Source of the DNA: an uncultured Phycisphaerales bacterium
GTDB lineage: Bacteria; Planctomycetota; Phycisphaerae; Tepidisphaerales; Tepidisphaeraceae
DNA length: 64,000 nt
Assembly (NCBI GenBank): GCA_963758525.1
Contig: CAVWVQ010000003.1
Span: 672,001 to 736,000, forward strand
Reading direction: 5' to 3'
Of the stretch, positions 51,542-61,078 are shown in pieces. The translations under genes were made by a program, and so were the position numbers. The number at the start of each line of letters is the position of its first letter. Position 1 is the first letter of the stretch. The notes under the pieces were generated by a model, which saw only the letters and a program-made list of their open reading frames with translations, did not search any database and had not been told where the DNA came from.

Positions 51542-54091
51542 TCAGTTGAGATGCAGGAGCGACTGCCCGTTTCGCTCAATTTCCAGCCCGGTTCGACCGC
51601 CGGCGGCGGGTGAGAAGGTGATCGCGTCGGCCTGATCGGGCCACTGAATCTTGAGCACCGTTTTGTCCGCATTCCAGGATGTGGTCGGCAAGGGCTGGCC
51701 GGTAGTGTATGGAACGAAGAGCATCTTGAAACGCGGGTCGTTTGATTTGCTGTGGATGCACAGCTTCGGGAAGGTGACCGGCTTCATTCCTCCGTTGTCA
51801 TCGGAGATGGTTTCAATCTTCGCAGGCTGTTTGGGATCGACGTTTGCGCCGTCGAGCACACGTATCAGCATATGGCGATCGTGATTCGGAGCGAACAGCT
51901 CACCGTCATCGGCCATTTGTTTTGCCGTGGTGCTGGGGCTTTCATCGAGCATGACATCCAGTCGATAGTGGGCCGGATCGGCATCGTGGGCGGATTTGCC
52001 CAGTTCCACGTCGTCAGCGATGGTCAGGCCCCAACTGTAATCCCGCGTCTGCTCGTCCTTTTGAATGTCATCGATGATCAGCACGTAGGGATGCACGCCG
52101 CGCACCAGGCCGGCGGTGCGGAACGCCTTCTTGACCGGAATTTCCGCCTGATGCCACAGCGCCGACGGCGGCGGCTCGTCATTCTTCGCCGCGACATGAT
52201 TGCCGGTGTCCAGGCCCCAAAGATTCGGTTTGCGCGAAGTGTACCAATCGGGCCCGGCATCCAGCGGCAGGTCCATCCACGGCATCGGCGCGGGATGCAG
52301 CCGGAAATAATTATCGCTGAACGGCAGCATCACGATCTTGCTGCGATCCTTCACGTGAATCAGCCCGTTGGCCAGATAGTCATACGTCGGCTTGAGATCG
52401 GAGACCTCAAACGACGCCTCGGGCTGGTCTTCAAAGGCAACGCACTTGCCGGGCGCGAGGGTCGAACCTTCGCCGTCGATGAGAATCAGCGAGCGATTAC
52501 GCGGAAGATATTGATCCCCGACCTGACGCAGCTTTCGATAGATGCCCCAGTAGCGCCCATCAGCGTAGATGGAGAAGTGACCGCGATCGCTGTACTGGTG
52601 GCCGCCCCTGACCGCCCGGTTGAGATAGTTGAGGTAGAGCGCTTTGGGATCCCAGCTCGACCGCGTGATCATGTTGCAGGTGTCATCGCTGAAATACGTG
52701 ATCGGCGTCGACTTCACCACCTGATTGCGCTCTTCCTCGAGCGTGACGGATTCGTTGTACTCCTGGGCGTACAGTGCGTTCACCAATGCTTCCGTGGCCA
52801 GGAACGGGTGGCGCGTGTTCACCGGCTCGGCGAAGTTGGAATAGTCGGGCTTGATATTGTTGCGATAGACAAAGTCGACGGCGACATCATTTGGGAAAAG
52901 ATATTTGTAAGCCAGGATATCCGCATTCCGCGAGACATGGTCGTTGGTGCCGCCCAGAGAATCATAGAATGTGTCCGCCATTCCCCAGGGGTTGAGCGAG
53001 GCAATGAAATAACTGTGAAACGCGTCGTGCAGATGCGATGCGGCAATCAGATTCTCCCCACGGCGAGCCATGGCGATGAGGTGTTCGTTGAAGGTGAAGA
53101 ACTTGCCCATTCCCTCGTACCCTTCGCCGCCGGCGAAGATGCCGCGCGTGACCACACCGCGATAGGCATAGACGCAGCGGTCGTAGGTGGAGCGGTCGTA
53201 GCCGGGCTCCCCTTCGATGGCGAGCGTCGGAAAAATAAGGCGGGCGCTCCAGGTGATCCAGTTGCTGCTGTTGGTCGTCTGGCCGTAGAGCGTCTGGCAG
53301 CCGATATTGGTCATTCCCTTGCTGGCCCGCGAGCAGGCAGCGCGAACAATCTGCCGCTGGTCATCGCTCATCCAGTTGTAGGCAAAGTCGTACATCAGCC
53401 CCAGCGTTCCCTCCTGCGTGGCGCCTTCGGCAACCACGCGGAAATCGTTGGAGCTGTCCTGCTCTCCCGGCTTGGTCGACTTGCGGGCCTTTTCGATGTT
53501 GGCGTCAATCGCCTTGTGGTCGATCTTCGCCAGCGTCGTGATCGCGGCGGCGACTTTCTTGCCGCCTGCGTCGTCCTTGTCGATCAGGCAACGAAATGCC
53601 TCATACATCAGGTTATAGGTGAGGTTGAGCTTTGACGCTCCCGAAGCCGTGGAAAAAACGTCCACCGTCTCGTCCCCGTCGATCAGTCGTTGATACTCCG
53701 CGCCAAAAACCGCCTTGGGGCCGGTGAGGTTGCGTTCGATGTTGGTCCGGATCGCCGTCATCTGCAACTTGCCCGGCTTGGTCCGCGCCAACCGTTCGCG
53801 GATGGCGGGCAGTTCGTCCGGATTGAAGAGAATGCGCGGATGCACAAACGGCGCCGGAGGCGATTGAAGGCGGTCCATCGCTTCTCCGGCCGTATCCAGG
53901 TCGATTTCGAGCGGCTGACTGAAGAGCTTTTGGATCTCCTCCGCCGTATAGCCAAAATCGCCGTTGCGATGGACCATCTCCATATCGAGAGGAATGAGCT
54001 TTTTCTGCGTGGAATCCGCAAAGACCGACGCCGAAAACAACGACGCCAGCAAGATGATTGCACCCAAGGCCGCCTTCAATTGCGACTGCAT
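51542..54091 (-). CDS. Heparinase II/III-like secreted protein, paralogue 5 (closest to paralogue 1)
   Basis: GGAGTGAGG-ATG at 54091, signal peptide; PAPFVHPRILF, SNWIT, IEGEPGYD, YEGMGK, ARRGENL, GGHQYSDRGHF, AFRTAGLVRGVHPY..IDDIQKD. Confidence 0.72.
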   Translation of the reverse strand: MQSQLKAALGAIILLASLFSASVFADSTQKKLIPLDMEMVHRNGDFGYTAEEIQKLFSQPLEIDLDTAGEAMDRLQSPPAPFVHPRILFNPDELPAIRERLARTKPGKLQMTAIRTNIERNLTGPKAVFGAEYQRLIDGDETVDVFSTASGASKLNLTYNLMYEAFRCLIDKDDAGGKKVAAAITTLAKIDHKAIDANIEKARKSTKPGEQDSSNDFRVVAEGATQEGTLGLMYDFAYNWMSDDQRQIVRAACSRASKGMTNIGCQTLYGQTTNSSNWITWSARLIFPTLAIEGEPGYDRSTYDRCVYAYRGVVTRGIFAGGEGYEGMGKFFTFNEHLIAMARRGENLIAASHLHDAFHSYFIASLNPWGMADTFYDSLGGTNDHVSRNADILAYKYLFPNDVAVDFVYRNNIKPDYSNFAEPVNTRHPFLATEALVNALYAQEYNESVTLEEERNQVVKSTPITYFSDDTCNMITRSSWDPKALYLNYLNRAVRGGHQYSDRGHFSIYADGRYWGIYRKLRQVGDQYLPRNRSLILIDGEGSTLAPGKCVAFEDQPEASFEVSDLKPTYDYLANGLIHVKDRSKIVMLPFSDNYFRLHPAPMPWMDLPLDAGPDWYTSRKPNLWGLDTGNHVAAKNDEPPPSALWHQAEIPVKKAFRTAGLVRGVHPYVLIIDDIQKDEQTRDYSWGLTIADDVELGKSAHDADPAHYRLDVMLDESPSTTAKQMADDGELFAPNHDRHMLIRVLDGANVDPKQPAKIETISDDNGGMKPVTFPKLCIHSKSNDPRFKMLFVPYTTGQPLPTTSWNADKTVLKIQWPDQADAITFSPAAGGRTGLEIERNGQSLLHLN

Positions 54092-54140
54092 CCTCACTCC
54101 GCCGTTCAATCGTGCTGCTCGCGAATAAGACAAGATTCGA

Positions 54141-54214
<74 letters not shown>

Positions 54215-54374
54215 GCTGCGACAGGCTGTGTCTCAAAAGCTGTCGAGCCGGGCAGTGTACGAAAGACAACCCCGCGCTTCAACTTCTGGCGAGAGATTGC
54301 AGACATGGCACCGGATCGGTCGAATCGTATACTCCCCCGTGTCGATTTTTGAGGATCCATCGAAAGGACGCGCG

Positions 54375-55367
54375 ATGAACGTGTTAGTTGCCGGCGGAGC
54401 GGGATACATCGGCTCGCATACCGTGAAACGTCTCAAGGAAGCTGGGCATGTGCCGGTGATTTATGACAACCTGAGCCGGGGGCATCGGGCGGCGGTGGAT
54501 ATTCTCCAGGTGCCTTTCGTCAGCGCGGATCTGAACGACCGGGCGGTGCTGGTCAAGGCGCTGCGCGATCATCGCATCGAGACGGTCATGCATTTCGCGG
54601 CATATGCCTACGTCGGGGAGAGCGTGGATCAACCGCTGCTGTATTACCAGAATAACGTGGCGACGACCGTCAGCGTGCTGCAGGGGATGCAGGAAGCCGG
54701 CGTCGAGCGGTTTGTCTTCAGCAGCACGTGCGCGACCTACGGCGACCCGGACAAAATCCCGATCACCGAAGATGAGAAAAAAGCCCCCGTTTCACCCTAT
54801 GGCCGAAGCAAACTGATGGTGGAGCAGATCCTGCATGACGTGCCGCTGGGATGGAAGCAATTCAAGTTTGCCGCGCTGCGGTACTTCAACGCCAGCGGTT
54901 GCGCGATGGACGGGAGCCTGGGTGAGGATCACGATCCGGAAACGCATCTGATTCCCGTGGTGCTGCAGGCGGTGCTCGGGTCTCGGCCGGGCGTCACGGT
55001 CTTTGGAACGGACTACCCGACACCCGACGGCACCAACGTCCGCGACTACATTCATGTGGACGACCTGGCCGACGCGCACATCCGCGCGATGGAGAAGCTG
55101 GAAGAGGGGAAGCCGATCATCTGCAATCTGGGCACCGGCAACGGGTTCTCCGTGAAGGAGATTCTCAAGACTGCTGAAAAAGTGACGGGAAAGAAGGTGC
55201 CGCACAGCTTTGGCCCTCGCCGGGCAGGAGATGCGATCGCACTCTATGCCGATCCGTCGCGCGCGAAGAAATTGCTCGGCTGGGAAGCGAAGTACAAAGA
55301 CCCGGAGACGATCATCCGCTCGGCGTGGAACTGGTTCAGCAAGCACCCTGGCGGGTACGGGGGATGA
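54375..55367 (+). CDS. galE: UDP-glucose 4-epimerase
   Basis: LVAGGAGYIGSHT, HFAA..YVGESV..PL.YY.NN, FSSTCATYG, PYGRSK, LRYFN, GEDH.PETHLIP, RDYIHV.DL. Confidence 0.95.
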   Translation: MNVLVAGGAGYIGSHTVKRLKEAGHVPVIYDNLSRGHRAAVDILQVPFVSADLNDRAVLVKALRDHRIETVMHFAAYAYVGESVDQPLLYYQNNVATTVSVLQGMQEAGVERFVFSSTCATYGDPDKIPITEDEKKAPVSPYGRSKLMVEQILHDVPLGWKQFKFAALRYFNASGCAMDGSLGEDHDPETHLIPVVLQAVLGSRPGVTVFGTDYPTPDGTNVRDYIHVDDLADAHIRAMEKLEEGKPIICNLGTGNGFSVKEILKTAEKVTGKKVPHSFGPRRAGDAIALYADPSRAKKLLGWEAKYKDPETIIRSAWNWFSKHPGGYGG

Positions 55368-55378
55368 AGGGATAAGTC

Positions 55379-55560
55379 CGAATGACGAAACCCGAAATCA
55401 GAATCAAGCCCGAAGCCCGAATGACGAATGACGAAACAGAATTCGCATCGGACAGCCCCCGAGCATTGGAAGCGATCGAGCTTCTGGGAGATGGGGTCCA
55501 TGGTCTTCATTCGGTCATTCGTCATTCGGGCTTGATTCGACATTCGGGTTTCGGAATTCT
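55379..55560. repeat. GAATGAC-rich imperfect inverted-repeat element between convergent genes
   Basis: GAATCAAGCCCGAAGCCCGAATGACGAATGAC pairs with GTCATTCGTCATTCGGGCTTGATTC; outer GAAACCCGAA pairs with TTCGGGTTTC. Confidence 0.75.
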
Positions 55561-55582
55561 GGTTTCCGCCCGAAGTGGCGGC

Positions 55583-56503
55583 TCAGGTTTGTCCCGTCCA
55601 CGATCCATCGGGATCGGCGTTTCTGAACGCTTCGCGGACTTTCGCGACGACGTCCGGCGATAGCGGTCCCTGCTCCGCAATGGCGATATTCTTGTACGCG
55701 TTGTCGGGATTGGTGGTCCCGATGATGGCGCTGTGAACGCCGGGCTGACTGAGGGTGAACCGCATGGCCAGTTCGGGCCAGGCGTTGGGGCCGGTGAATC
55801 CGAGCTTTCCCGGGTCGAGTGACATCTGCCGGAGCCGGTCGTGGTAGGTCTTGGCGTAACTCTTGTACAGACCGCGCTGGTCTTCAATGTCTTTCCACGC
55901 GGCGTTGGCAATCGGTCGCTTGGCGAGAACGCCCTTCCGATGCGCTTGGGCAATGGGCAGCACCAGATCGATATTCGCCTGGTCGACAATGTTGATCGAT
56001 GTTTCGATCACCGCGATCTGGGGATGCGCGGCCGCGTACGCGGCGGCGGCATTATCGCCGGAGTAGCCGGCGAACTTGATTTTCCCCGCATCGCGGGCGG
56101 CCAGAAGAGCGCCCAGCGCGTCCCCCTGGCGAAGCACCTTCTCGTCGCAGGAATGCAGCAGCATCACATCGAGATGATCCGTCTGCAGATTGCGTAGGGC
56201 GCGGTCGACCGTGGCCGTGACCAGTTCAGCGGACCAAGCCGCGCCGGGGGTATCCGGCAGTTTGCCGCCGCATTTGGAGACCAGCACAAATTCCTTGCGC
56301 CGGTGCCCCACCGCTTTGGCGATGGCCTGCTCGGAGCCGGGATAGCTGGCGGCGGTGTCGATGAGATTGACACCGGCGTCAAGCAGGAGGTTAAGAATGC
56401 GGGTGATGCGCTCCTGGTCGGTTTTGAGGTAACCGACGGGAGCGGCGCCGAAGCCGAGCGGCGAGACGGAGAAGCCGGTGCTTCCGAAGATGCTGGTCTG
56501 CAT
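55583..56503 (-). CDS. Aldo/keto reductase
   Basis: VSPLGFG, GVNLIDTAASY..SE..I, VSKCG, L..L.TD.LD.MLLH, GKI...G.S, LA.RF.LS.PGV. Confidence 0.92.
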   Translation of the reverse strand: MQTSIFGSTGFSVSPLGFGAAPVGYLKTDQERITRILNLLLDAGVNLIDTAASYPGSEQAIAKAVGHRRKEFVLVSKCGGKLPDTPGAAWSAELVTATVDRALRNLQTDHLDVMLLHSCDEKVLRQGDALGALLAARDAGKIKFAGYSGDNAAAAYAAAHPQIAVIETSINIVDQANIDLVLPIAQAHRKGVLAKRPIANAAWKDIEDQRGLYKSYAKTYHDRLRQMSLDPGKLGFTGPNAWPELAMRFTLSQPGVHSAIIGTTNPDNAYKNIAIAEQGPLSPDVVAKVREAFRNADPDGSWTGQT

Positions 56504-56868
56504 GGGGGATGATAGGAGCGCGGGGGCCGAAAAGTGCAGGGATGGGGGGAGTCTGGCTGATCAGTTCCTTCACCCTCAGTCTTTCCCTTCTTTGACTTTC
56601 GAAAGTGTAGAGGGTGAAGAGTAAGCAGTGAGAGGGGGAGTTCGAGATTGCAAACTTTTGGGACGGTCGCGTTGTGCTCGGCGCGTCGTTCTGTGGGCTC
56701 GATGCTTTTTCTTCTCGCGCCCGCGAAGGGCAAGCTACGGCCAGGCCGTCCGTCTGAGGTGTCCGGCGACAAGTCGCTCGGCTCCGCGCTGGCGCGACTG
56801 CGAAATCCCCTCTCCCATTCCTCACCCTTCGTGCCTTTATGCTTTCGTGCCTTCGTGCCTTTCCCTCC

Positions 56869-57714
56869 TTACTTCTTCTCGTCGGCGACCTTCCCGGTGT
56901 CTTGCTGGAGTTCGAGGGCTTCCAGCGGACGGACCCAGATATTGCGGTAGCGGACGGGGTTGCCGTGGAACTGGAGCTGAATCGGCCCCTTCTCGGGGAA
57001 TTTGTCGGGATAATGGGCGACGATCATATGGCCGGTTGGGCCTTCGATGCGATGGTGGTCCTGGACGAGGACGCCGTTTTGGATGACGGTGACATAGGCT
57101 GGCTCTTTGAGCTTGCCGTCTTCGTAGATGGGGCGATGGAAAATGATGTCATAGGTCTGCCATTCGCCCGGAGGTCGGCACGCGTTGACCTGCGGCGGAT
57201 ACTGTCCGTAGATCGCACCGCACTGGCCATCGGGATAAGTGGGATTGTTGTAATTGTCGAGAACCTGGGTCTCGAATTTGCCCATCAGGAAAACGCCGCT
57301 GTTGCCGCGACCCTGGCTCTCGCCTTTCACTTCTTTCGGCTCGGCCCACTCGACGTGGAGCTGCACATCTCCGAACTCTTTCTTGCTTTCGAGATACTTC
57401 GGTCCGAAGGAGAGCATCACGCCATCGACAAGCTTGAAGGTTGGCTCTCCGCCGCCTGCGGCCTGCCACTCATCCATGTTGGTGCCGTCGAACAACACGA
57501 TTGCGTCGGAGGGCGCCTTGCCCGGTGTTTCCGGAGTGCTGGCGGTCCCCGGCGTCACCACCGGCGGCGCGGGCCGGGTCATGTCATGGACTTTGAAGTT
57601 CGACCACGGCTGCTGCGGTCCCGCTTTTTCCGCTGCGAATACGAGCGTTCCCGCCAACACCAAACCGCCAACGCCCGCCACCCGAGCAAGGCTTCCGCGC
57701 GTCCAGAATTTCAT
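56869..57714 (-). CDS. DUF1080 (3-keto-disaccharide hydrolase-like) secreted protein
   Basis: PSDAIVLFDG, FGDVQLHVEW, GNSGVF, E.QVLD, GAIYG, GEWQTYDI.F, NGVLV, LQFHG.PV.YRNIWVR. Confidence 0.9.
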   Translation of the reverse strand: MKFWTRGSLARVAGVGGLVLAGTLVFAAEKAGPQQPWSNFKVHDMTRPAPPVVTPGTASTPETPGKAPSDAIVLFDGTNMDEWQAAGGGEPTFKLVDGVMLSFGPKYLESKKEFGDVQLHVEWAEPKEVKGESQGRGNSGVFLMGKFETQVLDNYNNPTYPDGQCGAIYGQYPPQVNACRPPGEWQTYDIIFHRPIYEDGKLKEPAYVTVIQNGVLVQDHHRIEGPTGHMIVAHYPDKFPEKGPIQLQFHGNPVRYRNIWVRPLEALELQQDTGKVADEKK

Positions 57715-58043
57715 CGTTAGCTCCTTCGCCTTCAGATTGTTTTGAATTACTGATCCAGACTGACTTCCGCTCTGTGCATGATACCCGCAAAAATCGCGGT
57801 CGTTGTACGCCTGGATCTCTCGCTACCATGGCGGATCTGCAACTCTGCTTAAATCCCGCCAGCGCGTTGGCGCTCCCCTCAACGGGGGCTTCGTAGATTT
57901 GTCCTGTTTAAGGCCGTCGGCGTATCTGAGGGACAGCGGCCCGGAGGTTTATTCGATGTAATCGAGTGAAAGCATCGCTTTGGGTTGTGGCTTCGCCCGG
58001 CAGACGCATAATTTCTATTTGTTCTTTGGAAGGAGCCAACGCA

Positions 58044-59444
58044 ATGTCGGATGTGTCAGTGGCCGATGCACTCGGCGGGAAGATCGCGATCGGGGAACTG
58101 GTTACCGTCAAAGGCTGGGTGCGCACGCGCCGGGATTCCAAAGGCGGGTTTTCGTTTATCACCATCCATGACGGCTCTTGCTTCGATCCGATTCAGGTTG
58201 TCGCGCCGGCGGCGCTGCCGAATTATACGAGCGAGATAGCGCACATCACCGCCGGGTGCTCGGTGATCGCAACGGGGCCGCTCGTCCGCTCGCAAGGGAA
58301 GGGACAGCAGCTTGAAATTCAGGCGACCGAGCTGAAAGTCGTGGGCCTGGTGGACGACCCGGACACGTATCCGATCTCGCCCAAGCATCACACGTTTGAA
58401 TACCTGCGCGAGGTGGCGCATCTTCGGCCGCGCACCAATACGTTCGGCGCAATCACGCGCGTGCGCAACACGCTCAGCCAGGCGGTTCACCGCTTCTTTC
58501 ACGAGCGCGGGTTTTTCTGGATTCATACGCCGATCATCACGGCATCGGATTGCGAGGGAGCGGGGGAGATGTTCAAGGTGTCGACGCTCGATCTGGCGAA
58601 TTTGCCGCGCGGCGCCGATGGCAAGGTCGACTTCACGCAGGATTTTTTCGGCAGGCAGGCCTCGCTGACCGTTTCGGGGCAGCTCAATGTCGAGACATAC
58701 GCGATGGCGATGAGCAAGGTGTATACGTTTGGCCCGACCTTCCGCGCGGAGAACTCGAACACCACGCGGCACCTGGCAGAGTTCTGGATGGTCGAACCCG
58801 AGGTGGCATTTGCCGATCTCTCGGCCGACGCGGACCTGGCCGAGGCGTTTCTCAAGTATCTGTTCAGAGCCGTTCTCGACGAGCGCGGGGACGACATGAA
58901 ATTCTTCGCCGAGCGGATCGACAAGCAGTGCATCGATCGGCTGGAGAAATTCGTCAATTCCAGCTTCGAGCGCATGACCTATACCGACGCTGTCGCGGCG
59001 CTGGAGAAGTCGGGGAAGCAGTTCGAGTTTCCCGTGCACTGGGGCGTCGACATGCAAAGCGAGCACGAGCGCTACCTGACCGAGGAATACGTCGGGCGAC
59101 CCGTCGTGGTGATGAATTATCCGCGCGAGATCAAGGCTTTTTACATGCGTCTCAATGACGATGGGAAAACCGTGGCCGCGATGGACGTGCTGGCGCCGGG
59201 CATCGGGGAAATCATCGGCGGGTCTCAGCGCGAAGAGCGGCTGGAGGTCCTCGATCAGCAACTGGCCTTCAAGGGTCTCGATAAAGACGCCTACTGGTGG
59301 TATCGCGACCTGCGAAAGTACGGCACCGCACCGCACGCCGGTTTCGGATTGGGCTTCGAGCGAACCATCCTGTATGCCACTGGGATGGCAAATATCCGCG
59401 ACGTTATCCCATTTCCGCGCACACCAAAAAATGCGGCATTTTAG
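58044..59444 (+). CDS. asnS: Asparagine--tRNA ligase
   Basis: [13 protein letters not shown]-fold, [83 protein letters not shown]. Confidence 0.97.
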   Translation: MSDVSVADALGGKIAIGELVTVKGWVRTRRDSKGGFSFITIHDGSCFDPIQVVAPAALPNYTSEIAHITAGCSVIATGPLVRSQGKGQQLEIQATELKVVGLVDDPDTYPISPKHHTFEYLREVAHLRPRTNTFGAITRVRNTLSQAVHRFFHERGFFWIHTPIITASDCEGAGEMFKVSTLDLANLPRGADGKVDFTQDFFGRQASLTVSGQLNVETYAMAMSKVYTFGPTFRAENSNTTRHLAEFWMVEPEVAFADLSADADLAEAFLKYLFRAVLDERGDDMKFFAERIDKQCIDRLEKFVNSSFERMTYTDAVAALEKSGKQFEFPVHWGVDMQSEHERYLTEEYVGRPVVVMNYPREIKAFYMRLNDDGKTVAAMDVLAPGIGEIIGGSQREERLEVLDQQLAFKGLDKDAYWWYRDLRKYGTAPHAGFGLGFERTILYATGMANIRDVIPFPRTPKNAAF

Positions 59445-59579
59445 TACTTTCGGGTTTCCCCTGGACCGATAACCCGGTATTGTCCCGATGACATCGGTTC
59501 TGAAGCAGGGATTAAACCTGTATGAGTCCGCGATATCAGACAACTGCTTTGACGCCAACATGCGCACGTGGCCTAAGAC

Positions 59580-60833
59580 ATGGTCGAGGTCGATGTTCCA
59601 TCCTCAGCAGACTCCCGGCACGAGACCGCCAGTCTCGATCAGCCGGCGTCGAAGCACATCCCCGCGCTGGATGGAGTCCGCGGCCTGGCGATTCTTCTGG
59701 TGCTGCTCCATCATTTTTCCGGGGGAGCTGACCAAGCAACCGCGATCGGGCGCGGCTGGATTTCCCTGACGAGCGGGCTGTGGATTGGGGTGGACCTGTT
59801 CTTCGTTCTCTCCGGCTTTCTGATCACCGGCATTCTGCTCGACAGCAAACGGTCAACCCGGTACTTCCGCAACTTCTACGCGCGGCGGTCGTTGCGCATT
59901 TTTCCGCTCTATTACGGCGTTCTGCTGGCGATGCTGATCGCTTTCCCATTTCTCCACTACTACGTCCGGCAGGAGGTTGGAAGGGAGTTCTATTCCCGGC
60001 AGGCGGGCCTGTGGCTCTATCTGACCAACTTCGTCATGGCCGCCAGGGGCGTTGATTACTACTGGGCGTTCGATCACTTCTGGTCGCTGGCCGTGGAAGA
60101 GCATTTCTACCTTCTCTGGCCGCTGGCAATTTACCTTTGCAGCCGTCGCGGCGCACTGCGGCTTTGCGTCATTGTCAGCGTGCTGGCCCTGGCGTTTCGG
60201 ATTGTACTGACCTTCGCAAACGTCAGCCCCGCATCCATTTACATACTCACCCCCTGCCGGATGGACGCGCTGGCAGTCGGCGGGCTCGCCGCGCTGCTGG
60301 TTCGCGGGTCCTTGGCCGAGCACTGGTTCCGTTGGGCGCGCCCGATCGCCGTTGCGAGCGGCATTGCCTTGATCTGTCTTGCGGTCGCCCGTCACGGGCT
60401 GTCGCAGCACGACCCGGTCATCCAAACCGCCGGCTATTCCGTGCTGGCAATTTTCTTTGCGGCATTATTGCTGCGTGCCGTCGCCGTGGGTCAAAACAGT
60501 CTCCTCGGCCGGTTCTGGACGCTGCCGCCACTTCGATTCACTGGCAAACTCGCCTATGGCCTGTATGTATTTCATCCCTTTTTTATCATTCCGCTCGACC
60601 GCCTGTTCGATGGTCCGCATGGCCGAACACTTGGATACGGACATCTCTCAGGCATCGTCCTCTTCGCCGCCTTCGGCATCGGGGCGTCGCTATCGACCGC
60701 ATTCCTCAGTTGGCACCTCTACGAGAAGCATTTCCTGCGCCTGAAGGTGCTGTTCGAATACGACTCCCCCAGCCAGCCTGATATTCCCGAACCGCTCGAG
60801 GTCGAGGGTCTGGCCGAGGCTGTTTCAGCGTAG
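59580..60833 (+). CDS. Acyltransferase family 3 (OafA/YrhL-like O-acyltransferase)
   Basis: LDGVRGLAILLVLLHH, GVDLFFVLSGFLIT, FYARR.LRIFPLYY, HFWSLAVEEHFY, YGLY.FH, SWHLYEK. Confidence 0.92.
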   Translation: MVEVDVPSSADSRHETASLDQPASKHIPALDGVRGLAILLVLLHHFSGGADQATAIGRGWISLTSGLWIGVDLFFVLSGFLITGILLDSKRSTRYFRNFYARRSLRIFPLYYGVLLAMLIAFPFLHYYVRQEVGREFYSRQAGLWLYLTNFVMAARGVDYYWAFDHFWSLAVEEHFYLLWPLAIYLCSRRGALRLCVIVSVLALAFRIVLTFANVSPASIYILTPCRMDALAVGGLAALLVRGSLAEHWFRWARPIAVASGIALICLAVARHGLSQHDPVIQTAGYSVLAIFFAALLLRAVAVGQNSLLGRFWTLPPLRFTGKLAYGLYVFHPFFIIPLDRLFDGPHGRTLGYGHLSGIVLFAAFGIGASLSTAFLSWHLYEKHFLRLKVLFEYDSPSQPDIPEPLEVEGLAEAVSA

Positions 60834-60843
60834 GCATGGAGCG

Positions 60844-60895
60844 AGGGTTCAGGGTTCAGGGTTCAGGGTTCGGGGTTCAGGGTTCGGGGTTCAGG
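60844..60895 (+). repeat. Heptamer tandem repeat (RGGGTTC)x7
   Basis: AGGGTTC x4, GGGGTTC, AGGGTTC, GGGGTTC, then AGG. Confidence 0.9.
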
Positions 60896-60960
60896 ACCAC
60901 CATAAGTGCTCGCACACGAATAACTTGACCAATTTCGAAGCTACACGGGTGACGCAATTA

Positions 60961-61015
60961 CGTAGCACGGCCGTCTCGGCTGTGGCCAAATCACAGCCGG
61001 GACGGCTGTGCTACG
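60961..61015. repeat. GTAG-type REP doublet, a different family from 14591
   Basis: GTAGCACGGCCGTCTCGGCTGTG (60962-60984) and CACAGCCGGGACGGCTGTGCTAC (60992-61014); the two differences are G-U compatible. Confidence 0.8.
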
Positions 61016-61078
61016 GGGGCTCGCGTTGGTCATCGCGGCTTGGGATTTTGTGGCGTTTCTTGGCCTCTCGGATCGCTG

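Noticed and set aside
56568..56619. Intrinsic terminator (CTTCACCCTC...GAGGGTGAAG around an ACTTTCGAAAGT palindrome)
   Set aside because: No U-tract on the transcribed strand and a long loop; function unsupported.
60844..60895. Eukaryotic telomere contamination
   Set aside because: Only seven units, internal, and flanked by intact bacterial genes.
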